A stretch of DNA of 63,354 bases, filler included, from Reticulomyxa filosa (GCA_000512085.1; 15 parts of 15 records of this genome joined end to end with filler, not necessarily neighbours in it), one strand, 5' to 3'. Shown: positions 37,893 to 52,149, numbered from the whole stretch's first letter. Notes: generated by a model not told the origin, from the letters alone. Numbers and translations: made by a program.

Positions 37893-38962
37893 AATTTAAT
37901 ACCAGTTTTTTTTCTACAAGTTTCAGAGTTTGGTATCTTCCTTTCAAGAGCACTTTATATTTGAGACAGCGCTAGTTCAACATCTCTCAAAGATTAGTTT
38001 TTTGATGGATTGATGGGCATGTATATTTTGTAAATAGATTAAAATATCTTAGTTTGTCAAAAGACGTAAAAAGTTTTTTTTCATAAAAGATAAAATTTCT
38101 TAACTTTTTAAATATATCTTCACAATGAAGAAATAAAATTTGCAAATACTCTTTTAAAGAATAGCATCAAACACTTTGCCTACTTTAAAAAATTATGTGA
38201 AAAAGCAATTACATATTTATAAACTACAATGGTTGCGATATTTAAAAAATTGTAAACATAGTTTATTTTACTTTTTAGTAGAATTGACAAAGTAAAAAAT
38301 TGATTTTTCTTTTTGCAAACTTAACTTCCAATAATGCCTAATAATATTTGTTGTTATTTTTCACAGCCTTTTTTAAACATCACCAGCACTTTTTGGTTAG
38401 GAAAAAAGAAATAACTTTGCTTAACTTAAAAGGTAGCCAAAAAAAAAAATTGCAATCAATAGCATTTCATAAATTGGCAATCGATAACACTTTATGGAAA
38501 CTAGAAATTCGATTTGCTGGACTTATCAATATGACATTAGTTTTCACTTTGCTGTTTTTTTTTCCAATGTATGTAACAAAACAACGATTGTCAGAAAGGG
38601 AAAGAGGGAGCGAAGAAGCCAAAAGAAATGTTGTCACAAACGACTGTTTTTAGTTGACATTGCAACTGATTATTTTGACACACAACTCCAACAACCGAAT
38701 GACACAAACCCAAAGACTAAATACTTGCGAGTTTGTGTAACACAACCACAAAACACACAAGCAACAGCAAAACAAAGCAAGGTTTTTTTTAGCCTTTGCT
38801 TTGAACCTTTTGATTCATATTTCCCACACTCAAAAAAAACAACAAAAAAAAAAATAAAAAATTACTTGCAACACACTTTTTTAAAAAAAAGCTTAAAAAA
38901 AAAAATTATGAATGGCCAGTCTTCGAGTCAAGTCGTGATAAAAAAAAAGTTTTGAAAGATGA

Positions 38963-40777
38963 TCAAAGTGTTCCACTTTCTAAGGAAGCCATGGTGTTGG
39001 TGATGTGTTGATTAAAGTTCAAGTGTGTCCACTGTGCCAGCCAAAATTTGATAAGCAAGGCATGTTCAGTTTGTTTTTCCTTGGGGACTTGAGTTCGTTG
39101 GCACTGGGACAGCATTTTGCGAACCAAGTAAGACCACAAGAGTTTGTCAGGAATGACCTTGATAGTTTCGGTAGGATGATGACTTGCAGAAGAAGAAGAA
39201 GAAGGAGAAGAAGAAATATGATATTGTCGACGATAGTCAACCTCCATGGGATGTACTCGCCGTCCATAACCATAATCGGTTGCTGTCGTTGTAGCAATCG
39301 CTTTGCCAAACAGTTGGGAGAACTCAGACACGGTCAGACGCATTCCACCCTTTGCGACATCGACTAACACATCAGTATCGTTCAGCGAGATGTGTGTGGC
39401 ATTACCATCAGCGGACGCGCTCTCGCAAAACACGCACGACTTTTCATCGACCCACACGAGAGACAAGCGCTTGCACGAGGGTACGGGTACAGACGAGGCA
39501 CCATCTGCTGGTCCACGTTGTCGACCACTGCCAAGCACGCCGTCGTAGATGAACGGATACACCATGGCAAGCATCAACGGCGATGGCACCACTGAGGTGT
39601 TGACATTCTTCAGCACTTGACTGATCAATAGTTCTTCCATCGACGAAGAAGAAGAAGAAGAAGAAGAAAGACTATGAGATGCTTGCTCTTGTTGCTGCTT
39701 TGCACTGCCAAGTATAAATATACCTTCGAACAGCACTTGATTCAAATCAGCTATGGTTTGTGGCTGCTTTCTTTCGATCGGCTTGATTACTTGCTCGCGC
39801 AATGCTTCCAACATTCTCTTTATATGCTCGTCCAGCGCAACGTTTAAATGAGCCGCTTCCACCAGCACCGCACCAAACAATCCATTACTTTGACTTTTTT
39901 TTTAAAAAAAAAGATGTACACATGTGAAAAGTGTGCTCATTTCATATGGATAGAATGTGTTTCAAAAAAAAAAAAAAAAAAAAAGGGGCCTTTAAAAAAA
40001 AAAAAATTTAAAAGTGAATTTTTAAAAATTAAAAAAAAAAAGGGGTCAGTTTTGTACCAAACTCACCATTGAAGCAATGACTCATCGTAGGGAACAAATT
40101 TCTGTCGGAATTGTTCTGGGTTCTTGGCCAACAACGACCACATCTTGTTGAGGAACTGTAATCGCAACAACTTGTATTGGTAAAGCTCCGACCCGAGGTG
40201 GACGGTTCGATTCACAATTTGAATCACCTCGAAACATTTTTGGAACTCCTCTTTGAGACGCTCATCCGGCAGCTCCTTTTTGCTGCCTGCACTTTTGCTA
40301 CTGCTGCCACTGAACACAAACGTTGTGCGCTTTGGCGCTGCTGCGTTTTTGAATGCATTACGTACTCGAATTGTAAATCGGTCCTCTAACTTTTGTATCG
40401 CTTCATTGGCTTGTGGTGCTATCGTCGTCGCTGTCGCTGTTGCTATTGCTGTTACTGTTGGTCCTACTTGTGATGTGTTTGCTTGTTGCTTTTGGACACT
40501 TTGATACTTCTCTGGTGCATATTCATTCCAATATGTGTGTATCTTTGTCGGCCAAATGAATATGCTAATATCCGTCATTCGATGTTAGGACATTAGTCCA
40601 GAACGTGAGAAACATACACAAACACTTTTTTTTATGTACGTCCTTTTTGGGGAACAGTTCTCTTGTGTCATTTATTTCATACCCTTTTGGAATGGTATCC
40701 AGCTCTTTGCTTCGACGTAGTAATGTCTTGTAAAGAGTTCTGGCAAGTCTTATATTTTGAATGGATTTAGAGGCCAT
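38963..40777 (-). CDS. Three-exon protein with N-terminal LYR-like motif and SirB1/FBXO21-like (Transglut_core2) region
   Basis: ORF 40565-40777 has ARTLYKTLLR. ORF 40063-40578 follows. ORF 38963-39880 has IADLNQVLFE...LLISQVLK...PSPLMLAMVY. Confidence 0.45.
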
Positions 40778-41162
40778 AGTTAGGCTGGATCATAAATATC
40801 ATCATATTCAAACGCCCCTTCTCAAAATTTTTGTGCTTTTCTTCTCGATACTATTGTTTTCAGCTTTTAAAAATTTAATTTTCCAATTTCTTAAAAGTGC
40901 AAAAGAGCAATAAACATTTTGATTTTTGTGTAAAAAATAACAAGTTTGAGTTTTTGAAAGCAGAGAAAGTCTCACCAATTTGTTTTCACTTACTCGATCT
41001 TTTTAAAGAATATTTGTTGAACAAGCAATTAAAATCAATTGTGTTTGTTTTTTTCACAATAAATGAATTTTTTCTCACCCCAAATAAATCAAAGCACCTT
41101 GGGTTGACAAAACAAAGAGTAAACTAGATAAAAAACTGGACTGATCATTTTAAAAAAAGAGC

Positions 41163-42036
41163 TTATTTATGTGATGCGCCGATGAGTTGTCTTAATTTTT
41201 CGTATGAAGGAATACCTTCTTCAATGTTGTCTTTACTGAACGTGTCATCTGGTATACTGAAGACTTTCACCATATGCTATTGTAACAATATCACAGTCCA
41301 AACGAAGATAAGACATTGTATAAAACAGTGTCAAGTTTCACAATACAGAAGGAAAAAAAAATAACTTTGACAGGTTCTCGAATAACAATATAACGTCCAT
41401 CAGGTAATTCCTCAAAGTTTCTCATAAAAGTATTGAACATACCCCATTGTGACTTTGGATTCAAGCTCAAAGGTCGTGTCAATTCCTTAAGCTGTCGAGT
41501 TTCCACTTTAACGATATCGTGGAACGTGTTGTCTCCATTCTTACGTCTTCGCACATATCCCAACTTGATTTTGTCAATACCAGTTAAATCTGCATGAGTA
41601 CACCAGCGAGCGCATTTATAGCTGTTGTTGTTTAATTCCTCGGACAGCACTGCTTCCGCTTTGCGTGAAAACTCCACCGTGTTCCAATTGGTTGTTCGTG
41701 ACAGCCCGGAATCGTACTGATTCAATGCGTACACTTGCAAAAGTTCCGATGGGTTGCTTGGATTGTATCCGTGCACTGTGCAGCGGACTACTAATCTTGA
41801 GGAGGTATTACACCCATGTCATATTCATATCCATACACAAACACACAAACAACTTTGGTATCTTTTTTATTGCCGATTTGTTATTATTTCCGAAACTTTG
41901 TTTTGTCGTCGACTTGAATGGTACGATATACAAATGCAGCTGACGCCATTTTTTTTTCTTTCGGGCAGAACTCGGTGAACGGATGTGATTTGTTGGTTTT
42001 CTTCAATGATTGCAATTGCTATTTTTTTTTTTTTTT
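41163..42036 (-). CDS. EIF3D: Eukaryotic translation initiation factor 3 subunit D, 3' part
   Basis: AVLSEELNNNSYKCARW...KIKLGYVRR...QWG...LPDGRYIVIREPVK is spliced to HMVKVFSIPDDTF, matching the eIF3d C-terminal region. Confidence 0.9.
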
Positions 42037-42230
42037 NNNNNNNNNNNNNNNNNNNNNNNNNNNNNNNNNNNNNNNNNNNNTTAATTAATTAANNNNNNNN
42101 NNNNNNNNNNNNNNNNNNNNNNNNNNNNNNNNNNNNATATATATATATATGTACATATATATGTATATGTACACATATATTAATTAACAACTCCAAATTT
42201 TTTTATTTTTTTTTTTTTTTGAGGAAACAG

Positions 42231-44784
42231 ACCCTTTGGGGGCGCTGGACTAGGCTCGTTTGTGGATGGGATGATAACAATTGAAGACAGCATATTTGAG
42301 AAAAACAAAGGCGACAAGTGGGGAGGAGCTGTTTTTCATAACAGCGGGAATATGACATTGCATCGATGCCAATTTCTGAGCAACTATGCGGACCATGGCG
42401 GGGGCATTGGATTTCGAGCGTTGGGAAACAGGCTGACAATGAAGGATTGCACGTTCCGCGACAACATTGCATATGCGCAAGGCGGGGCGATTAACATCGA
42501 GCAAGGGAGCTTCACGATAGAAGGCTTGATCTGCGAGGGCAATCTAGCAAAATCGGAAGGAGGGTGTCTATTTGACGGGGACGGGAGTCTCGTTTGCGAG
42601 GCGCAAGGAAACTACATCACCGACTCGGTATTTAAGGAAAACAGTGCGCAGCAAGGAGGAGGATTGTACGTGCACGGCTGTCGATTGAACATGCAGAGTT
42701 CAGTGATCACAAACAATACAGCGTCGCAAACCGGAGGAGGGATAATAATCGACATTTCCAGTGGCAGCCACAACTTGTGGAATATCAGTTTGCACGCAAA
42801 CGAGGCAGGAGATTACGGAGGTGCCATGACGATCACCGGAGGGGACATTACTATCGATGAATGTGTCTTTGACCAGAACAAGGCAATGTCCTCCGGAGGG
42901 GGTCTCTATCTCATACATGCACCGCAATGGGGTATGGACGTATCGCTATCAAACTCAAAGTTTATATACAATCAGGCCGAAGACGGAGGTGCCATTACCG
43001 TGAGCTCATCCGCAGATGCGTCGTATTTCGCATGGACGAGCCCTGCTATCTTGAGCGTTTCGCAAACGCGCCTGTCGTACAACTACGCGTCGGACGATGG
43101 CGGCGCTATCAACGTCCAACTCGGGACCGTGAAGATGCAAGGCAGTCAGATCTCTGCCAACCATGCACAAAGCAGTGGCGGAGGATTGTATATTCATCAA
43201 GGCTGGCTTCGCGATAACGGGTCCAATTTTGTCCAAAATAATGCCAGTATTGGCGGAGGTATCGGCTGCGACGTATCGTCCATCCAATTATCCAACACTA
43301 CGTTCACTGAAAATAATGCGGACAATGGCGGAGCTATGTGGGTACAGCTTTGCCCAGCTCACTCCTTCAAGGCCGTCCATTTCACTCGGAATATCGCTAC
43401 GTACAGCGGCGGGGCACTATTCATCGACGATACCGGCGTTTGTAACGTATGCAAAGAAGAAGAAGGGGATAGTTGCAGTTATGTCAACAATCAAGCTGCG
43501 TTTGGAAATGATACCGGGACGAGTCCGCAAGATTTGCAAGTGACGTATCTGACCGACATTAGCAGCGAGCTTAATCAAAAGGATACAATTTCGTTGAAAG
43601 GTACATTGTTTGACGCCTATGGACATGTCGCGACGATGCTGCCAGGCACGACGGTATTAGCGGCCAGTGTTGCCAGTGCGGATGTGGAATTGCAAGGAAA
43701 TTACAGATCAACGTTCAGCCAAGGCGTCGCATATTTGTCGTTCTTTATCGTCCCCGGCCAGCATATTCATCACAAAAATAAACAGGCAGCGCTGACCGTA
43801 AATGTCGCTACGAATACGTATGGACTCAATCAGACGTTCACGATTCATTTTTCCAACCGCGTCAAGACCCCTAACTCAGTCATCGTTGGTATCAATTCTG
43901 CTCTCGGCGCCATTGGCATTCTGTCGATCATTGTCACTAGTGCTTTAATGTGGTGGTATCGTGACACTCCGGTGATTCGCGGAGGCACTCCAGTGTTCTT
44001 GGCGGTGACTCTGTTCGGCTGCTTGCTGTTGAGCATCTCCATCATTTTGTTCCCTTTCATGCCGCAAAATGCACCCTGCCAATTGTTGGCTTGGATGACA
44101 CACTTTGCTTTTGTGTACATATTTGCGCCGATTACTGGCAAAACGTGGCGCATTTATATGATCTTTTACACTGCGAAACGCAATCTTCAACAGTTCAACT
44201 TTACCACCTGGAAGTTGTCCCTTTTTTTCCTCTGCGTCCCTTCTTTGCTAATCTTGGCATACTTGCTCACTTGGACTTTTGTCCAAACCAGCTGGACTGT
44301 GTGGTTGGTACAAAAAAATGGCGAGCATCAATCTGACTGCTCTTTGGATAGCACCTTTGTCAGTATCAGCTTGACCTGTGCTGGACTCATTCTTTTGTGG
44401 CTCATTCGACTTGCCATTGGTGTCAAGGACGTTCCCAAAAACTTTAATGAGTCGTTTTGGCTGGGTGCTTCCATTTATACATTGGCACTTATCATGCTGT
44501 TCATGGGCCCAATAGCTGTCATTTCCTCGATCTCCACAGAAGTAAAACAAGTCCTTGCGGGAGTCGCCTCTTGGATAGCCTTGGAGTCTGTCATACTCTT
44601 TTTGTTTTGGACGAAATACTATATCATATGGTTTCATGCCGAGGAAATGCAAAAACATGCTGAAACTGACGAGTCAACTGCGTCTTCTGAACAAACTATC
44701 ATACAAAATACCACTTCTATGGCTTCAACAAAAAACATTATTCATGCAAGTAGTACATATCTTCAAACTGATTCCATGACATAA
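42231..44784 (+). CDS. Class C (GABA-B-like, 7tm_3) GPCR with parallel beta-helix (Pmp-like GGA/FxxN repeat) ectodomain; 5' partial
   Basis: About 13 FxxNxAxxGG(A/G)(I/L) repeats, then seven hydrophobic helices with the class C motifs IRGGTPVF, C..W...KTWRI..IF and VPKNFNES. A splice acceptor lies at 42229-42230. Confidence 0.85.
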
Positions 44785-45734
44785 AAAAAAACACTTCTTT
44801 TCACTCCTTTGCGAAACTGTTGCAGGACTCACTTAAATTGTCCAAGTAAAGATTTGAATTTGAAATTTGACTTTAGTGTAATATTGATGTGGGAGGAAGT
44901 AAGCTTAGACTAAACGTAGTCAAATTTGTTTTTTTATTGCATACCAAATGTGCTTGCAAATGAATACATAAACTGACGCGATCCTTTTGCCATCTATGTC
45001 TTTCATTTAGGAACTTCTAATTAAAATAAAAACATAAAATGATAATACTTCGAATGTATAACTCCAAAAAAAAAATTAAAGAGAATTTACAATAATTAAA
45101 AACAAATTTAATATTTTCAAAGCCTCAGTGAGCTAAACTTCAACAAACAACACTTCTTTTGTTTTCTTTGTCTTTTGTGAATTATCTCCATTTAAATTAA
45201 AACAATCAGACACCAAATATTATTCTATGACGGGCTAGTCAGTGAGCGTAACAAATTTAATGTTTTGTGTTCACCACTACAAAACAAATTATTCGAAGAT
45301 CAACACTGTTCTGTCTCAAACGAGAATAAGTCTAATTCTGCAGAAAAATAAGGTAGATTGAAAAAAAATAAGAGTGATCAAATTTGACAATTTTAAATAA
45401 CAACAATGTCAAAAAACTAAGTTAAAGAGCCCTGATTATTAAGAATTTCAAAACTGTCGCAAATAAAGTGTGCCTGGAACTTTCGAGATCGGGCAACTTG
45501 TTCAATTATAATTTTATGTGTATTATTTAGTGAAATAAAAAGGGAGAAAAAAAAAATTTGTCGATCTATTTTCGCAGAAGCACACAGTACGCTTCTAACA
45601 TTTTTACTGAAACAAAAGAGTTGGAAATTTCCAACGATTTTTTTTGTCTCCAAATCATATGACAAGAAAAATTTTTTCAGGCTTTTGGATTTCATCAACA
45701 CTTTTCTTTCAATCCGATTACAACCAGCATGTAT

Positions 45735-47015
45735 TCAAACGTGTTTCTTCAGGCGTGTAATGATTTCATCAATCTGGATCCGTTCTGCGCGTTTTGCGGT
45801 CCAGCATTTGGTAATAATCTGACCATTTAAAAAAAAAGGGGAGGGAGAAAGTTTAATACAAGTATATAAAAAAAACCCCCCCCTCCTCTTTTGTTCAATC
45901 AACATACATCTCGAAGAAAAGCGGGACAAGCAACGGGAATAGCAGGCAATTGCAAATCAACAATTGCTTTTTTTGTTTCCTCGAAAGTGGACTCCGCAAA
46001 AGGGATTTTTTTAGTGACCAATTGATACAAGATGAAGCCATATGCCCAAATGTCGCATTCAGGCGTGAGGGGCAATCCGTCTGAAAAGTAAGCAGGATCA
46101 CACCAATATCCGTCAAAGTCTGCCTTGGGCATGAACACTTGCATAGTCTGTTTGAGACCGATCAGCCCAAAGTCGGTGAGTTTGACATTCATAACGTCGT
46201 CGAATAAAATATTTTTGGACTTGAGAAAGCCATGACACGTGCCCAAATGATAGTGGATGTATTGCAACACCTGTGCCAGCTGAAGTGCAATTCGAACAAT
46301 GACCTTATGTGCAAATGGAATATGCTTCGGCGATGCGACGATAATGTCATATAAGCTGCCTTTGCTGTACCATTTGCAAAGCGTTTCAATGGCATACCCT
46401 TGCTGGCCAAGCTTCTCCGCCGAACGGTCCACCAAGCGCACCGCGTACAAACACGCCAAGTGCTTGTGATACGTTCGGTGGCGGGATATTATGTCTTGCA
46501 CAATGTGCTCCAATGCACTTCTCGGCACTGCCGTCTCGAAGCCGTACGACTTCACACATACCTCGATATTGCTGCACGTGCCCTTATCCGTCGTCACGTG
46601 TGTTATCTTCGATATTCCCTCGTCCACATGCAGAGCGTTCCAATTCATTGAAACTCTGCGAATCATTTGTTGGGAAGTTTTGTCTGCAATATATGAATAA
46701 TTAACATATATGTATTGCACAAAGAAGAGGTATTTAAAAAAAGGAGGGAGGAGGGGGGTGAGGGGGAAAAAAAAAGTTCAGACCCTTTTTTTTTTTTTAA
46801 AAAAAAAAAAAAAAGTAATTTACCTTGATCTTTGAATTCGAGTATGCTCTCCCTTCTGTCGACAAAGCTAGTGTCGATATCGGGGTCAGTTTCGGTGGGC
46901 GAGTAGGGAGTCAAGGTGGCTTTGGAATTGTCGAAACTGGAATTGGCAGTGGTTTTATGTTTGGGATTGGAGTTGACATTGCCATTGCCATTGGGATTGA
47001 CATTGACATTGACAT
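45735..47015 (-). CDS. TKL-like protein pseudokinase with Pro-rich upstream region (5' partial, 3 exons)
   Basis: VCVK, HGFLKSKNIL, KLTDFG, YWCDP, DIWAYGFILYQLVTKKIPF and CW...ERI. The HRD Asp and the Gly-rich loop are absent. Confidence 0.8.
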
Positions 47016-49067
47016 NNNNNNNNNNNNNNNNNNNNNNNNNNNNNNNNNNNNNNNNNNNNTTAATTAATTAANNNNNNNNNNNNNNNNNNNNNNNNNNNNN
47101 NNNNNNNNNNNNNNNAATATTGTGGCTTGTACAAACGTAAGTTTTTTTTTGTTGTTGAATGTACATAAGGTAGAAGTTGATAACCATAAAAAAAAAACAC
47201 TCAGAAACACTTTTTTTTTTTTTTCCCCCCTCTTGTTTATAGTATTTAATGTGCAAGCGCAGTTACTGTGAACCGTGCGCGTTAAAGATGGAGCCGTCAG
47301 CAAAAAAAATTCTTTTGGATCAACTTAGCATTCGAAAGAGGTATGTTTATAATTGTTTAAAGAAAAACAAACAAAAAACACCTAAATGTTCCAATGGCGC
47401 TTTTTATGCTTTGGAGTGAGTGGCTTTTTTTTTTTTTAATAAAGTACTTTGTTATATGCGTATTTTGAATCATAGTCTGACGTCCAAAAAAGCCTACGCC
47501 AGCGGTATTTTTTATTGCAGCTTTTGTCAATAACTCGAAAGAGAAAGCATTTATTAGCTTGAAAATCGACAAAAAGCTATTTATAGCTTTTTGTTTTTAG
47601 TATATTTAGGTTTTTTTTGTTTTCTCAAAATTTTTTTTCATTATTTTTGTTTACAATGTGTAAAAAGTTCATGACTTTTTTGGAATGTTTTGATCAATTT
47701 TAGTAAGTTGTGTTTGCGATTTTTGTTTAAAGAATATTGATTGCATTTATGACTCAATAGAATGCCTTGGGTTGAAATGTCAGCATTGTTTCATGAGTAT
47801 ATCATTGTCGGTTTGTAAAGCTCAGTGTTCTTGAAATTAAGAGTTTATTGTTTTTTTTTTCAAAAATTTCTTGTTCAACATAAGGTTGAGCTTTCGTAAT
47901 CGTTTTTACGTTCCTGCTTCAAAAAATTCTATTGCTAAGAAAGGAGTGGTTGTGGAAAACCAAAAAAAACAAAAAGGAAGTTATCGTTGCAGGCAACGTG
48001 TACCTCTCGCTTCACTTTATTTCGTTTCCAAGACAGACCACAAAACACTCGTCAAAGAAATGCCAAGAAACGTGTTCCCAGAATATGTTGCGAAATCCAC
48101 GCAATTTGTCAAAGTATGAAAAAACACCCAGATGGCAAACGCGACAACGCGTTAGTATCACCTCGACCATTCAAGGATAGAAACGTGCATCAAGAAAAAA
48201 TCAAATGAATAAATAGAAGCCAATAAAAAAAATTGATTGACTGAGGTTTGATAATCACTACGTACATCATAAAGCAAAAAAAAGTACAACTTGTTATTTG
48301 TGCTATATTATACAATTCAATTGCATTAATGCGAGAGACTCGTGTTGCTTTGATACGTGACAGTGACTGCAATGAACCCACGTGTTTAGAACACCACTGC
48401 TCACTCTGAAACAAAAAATGGTCAAATTATCCCTATAATGTTTGTTGACGAAAACGTAGTATAATATTTTTTCAAACTATGTTTTTGCTTTTCTTGATTT
48501 TCAGTGCATAATTTAAAAGTCTTAGAAATTTTTTTCCTCCTTTACCACAGTACAGGAGCAAAAATTCCAAAGAGACTGCTTTTCAAAAATGTTTTACCTT
48601 TTTTGTTACTTTTTCTTTTTTTTGGTTGTGAGCTTAAAAAATAAACATATTACGAAGACAAGTAGTTGTCTTTTCCTGGGACCGTGACAGAGAAGTTTCT
48701 TTCTAAGGGCCCTTTTTATCGTACAGTTTACTTTTTAAAGACTCAATCTATTCAGCTGCTTACTCATTGTTATTATTAAATTCATTATTTACTATTTTTA
48801 TGATATCTTGTGCCCGTAGTGACTGAAGGTAAAATTTAGTTTGGAGTATGCAAATCCCTTTTCCTAAATTTATCTTTGTACTTTCTTCCATTTAATTACT
48901 TTTGTTTNNNNNNNNNNNNNNNNNNNNNNNNNNNNNNNNNNNNNNNNNNNNTTAATTAATTAANNNNNNNNNNNNNNNNNNNNNNNNNNNNNNNNNNNNN
49001 NNNNNNNGGGTCATTAAAAAAAAAAAATTATTTTTATGGTGGGATACATTTTGCATTTGTAATTGTA

Positions 49068-50528
49068 ATGGGAAGAAAAAAAGTCAAGGAAAGAAAAAGA
49101 AAGTGACCTACGAGGTTGACGGTGAGAAGTTTGTCGTATTTGATTATTACAAGCCGATCAAACAAATTGGTCAAGGTGCTTATGCAGTGGTCATGTACAT
49201 CTTTTGTTGTTCTCATAAGGAGAGAAAAGCTCCTTCCTTTTTTTTTTTTTTTTTTTTTTTTGTCTTTTGCATATTGATGAACTTATCTCGCTTGAAATGC
49301 TGTATGTCGTTTGGATGTAGAGAGGCAATTGACGTGCGAAACGGACAAAAAGTGGCGATAAAAAAAAATAAAGGCGTGTTCAGCACACTATCAGATGCCA
49401 AAAGAATTTTGAGAGAAATCAAATTGCTCAGTCACTTTGATCATGAAAATGTAATGTAGTTGTCTTTGTTAATTACAGACTATCTCTCTCTTTGAATGTG
49501 TGTGTGTGTGTGTGTGTGTATGTTGGGAACACATGCGCACAATGAGAAACAATGGTGTTGTGCTCATACAGATAATATCGCTGATCGGAGTGATTCCTCC
49601 CGACTCTTGTGAACAGGACGACTTTGACGAGGTGTATTTAGTAATGCCGTGCATGGAAACGACACTGGCCCGCGTGATCCAAAGCAGACAGCACTTGAGT
49701 GCGCGACACAAACAGTACTTTATGTATCAGCTGTTGCGAGGCTTAAAATACATGCACGACGCAGGCGTGTGGCATCGAGACTTGAAACCCGAAAATATTC
49801 TGATCAATTGCGGGGACTGTCGTCTTAAAATCACTGACTTTGGACTAGCGCGTGGAGTTAGCAAAGATGCCAATGTTGAGCCCAATTTGACGGAATATGT
49901 TGTTACACGATGGTTAGTCCAAAGTCTTTACATATGCATATTATGCATATTATGCATATACCTATACATATACATATATATGTACATATGCATATATAAG
50001 GTATCGTGCGCCCGAGGTAATGTGTTCTTCTCGACATTATGATGAAAAGGTCGACCTATGGAGCGTTGGATGTATAATGGGAGAACTATACTATCGCAAG
50101 CCTTTGTTTCCTGGCTCCAATCACATCGATCAGTTAAACTTGATATTTGAATGCCGTGGAGTACCTAGCGACGTGGAATGGATCAAAACGCTCGATGCGA
50201 AACGGTGGGTCGAACAAATGGAACCCAAGCCCAAACGTGACTTGTCCAAATTGTTGCCTGGAATAAGTCCTGAAGCGGCGGACTTGTTGGATCAACTGCT
50301 CGAGTTAAATCCGGCCAAACGACCAGGTGCGAGCACTTCTATGCGACATGCTTGGCTTAAGTCAATGTATCGCGAAAAAGACGAACAACGTCATGTCGAC
50401 ATATTCGATCTGTCTTTCGAATTTGAACGGCAAATCAATACTTTGTTTGGTGTTCGGCACATGATGTATGAAGAGTTGGCCAGTTTCTCCAAACGTCAAC
50501 TCAAAAAAGCAATGTTAAAAAACCAAGG
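49068..50528 (+). CDS. Mitogen-activated protein kinase (TEY activation loop), multi-exon
   Basis: [65 protein letters not shown]; GT-AG introns. Confidence 0.95.
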
Positions 50529-51699
50529 TAAGTATTCATTGTTTGTTGTTGTTGCTATATTCGTCATCTACGTGCATTGTATGTTTTATTGGGGGGGGGG
50601 GGGACGGAAACGGGGTGGCTTTTGTCGGAATCGCGAATGTATCTTTTTTTCAAGCACAACAATCAAAAAGGCAAGACAAATGATGCCAAACTTTAGGACA
50701 ACAGAATGTCCATTTTTTATTTTATCCTTTTTTTTTATGTTGCTTAAATTGTACTTGTATTCCTCTTTCTCTTTACTAAATCGATTGTTAGTGGAAATTT
50801 TGTGATGTTACGCAATAGTTTTTCATGTATTTGGGTAATATATCATGACACATGTTTCTCCTCTTTTTTGTTTTTTAATTGAAATTCCATTATTATGCAA
50901 AATTCTGAAGTTCGCCTTTGTATAGCCCAAAGTTTCTTCATTGCCTAAGAAAAGGATTAAACAGACTTAGATTTGTTTGTTTTCTGCGATCGACGATGCT
51001 TTTGAATTTCATACGTTGTAATTCTACTGAACAAAGAAAACTTAAATCTCTTTTTTCAAATTTGAAACGCAATAATTTTTCAAATTACAAATACGATATA
51101 ATTTTTTTAAAAAGTGTGATGCATGTGTAATTTTTCGGGACCACACATATATTTATATTTAAAAAATTAAATTTATTGTTATATATTTAGAAAAAACTGT
51201 TACCGGAATCAAGAGAATTTTGTTTTATATGTTTAATTTTTTTGATGGATGCTACATAACCAAAATGACGTAAATATCATTATCATATTATGTTCATTAT
51301 ATTTTTTATTTTGAAAAAAGAAAAAAATTGTTTTGTGATAAGTCGACGCATAATAAATAATACAAGCAATGTGTAGGGCAAGCCCTTATCACACATGGCT
51401 GAACGCCTATGGAACTGAGTAGCTCCCTTTGGGTTAAACATCCTCAACAAACTACATCTTACTTNNNNNNNNNNNNNNNNNNNNNNNNNNNNNNNNNNNN
51501 NNNNNNNNTTAATTAATTAANNNNNNNNNNNNNNNNNNNNNNNNNNNNNNNNNNNNNNNNNNNNAAGCATAAATAAAAATTTCCTTTGATTGTTACTTTC
51601 CATTTAATTATATTAAAATTTGGAATGTGATATGCTTTTTAATGAAAAGGAATACAGCAAAACCTCTTATTTAAATTGCAATTGCAATATTTAGATTAG

Positions 51700-51855
51700 A
51701 TGTTAATACAATTCGTTTTTGGAATATTCGATCAAATAAGAATTATATGTTATAACGTGTTTGAAGTTTTTACAATTAAAATAGAATAACATTGGCTGTT
51801 GTATTAATTTGTGTTATATAGTTCACATAAAGGTTTGATTTGTATTTGGGGATAG
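51700..51855 (+). pseudogene. WD40 gene 3' relic
   Basis: A degraded copy of the NTIRFWNIRSNK...LCY..KG.I.IWG* terminus seen at 6061-6246. Confidence 0.6.
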
Positions 51856-52149
51856 CGAACATATTGTTTGCTGATTTGACTATGAATTACTTTTTTTCTC
51901 AATAAAAATATTAAAATTAACTTTCAATAATTTCTTTTTTTTGATGGAATAAAAAGAAAGAAAAGTATGATAATCAGTATTTTCATTTACAGTATTTACT
52001 TTCAAAATTGACTGTGATGGCAAAATATGTTAAATAGCTGTTGAGACGAAAAGCATACCGATTGTGACGTTTTATTTCAAATTCAAATATTTAAGGTTAA
52101 ACAAACAAAAATAATTATCCTTCCAAATAAATGTTTAATAATTTACAAT

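Noticed and set aside
47116-48907. Short ORFs and the hairpin AAAAAGCTA-TTTA-TAGCTTTTT (~47571-47592)
   Set aside because: No recognisable domain, and short A/T-rich hairpins are expected by chance at this base composition.
51370-51464. Higher-GC structured-looking segment at the contig end (a similar one is at 56860-57090)
   Set aside because: It could be a mobile-element terminus, but there is no second copy or diagnostic motif in this window.
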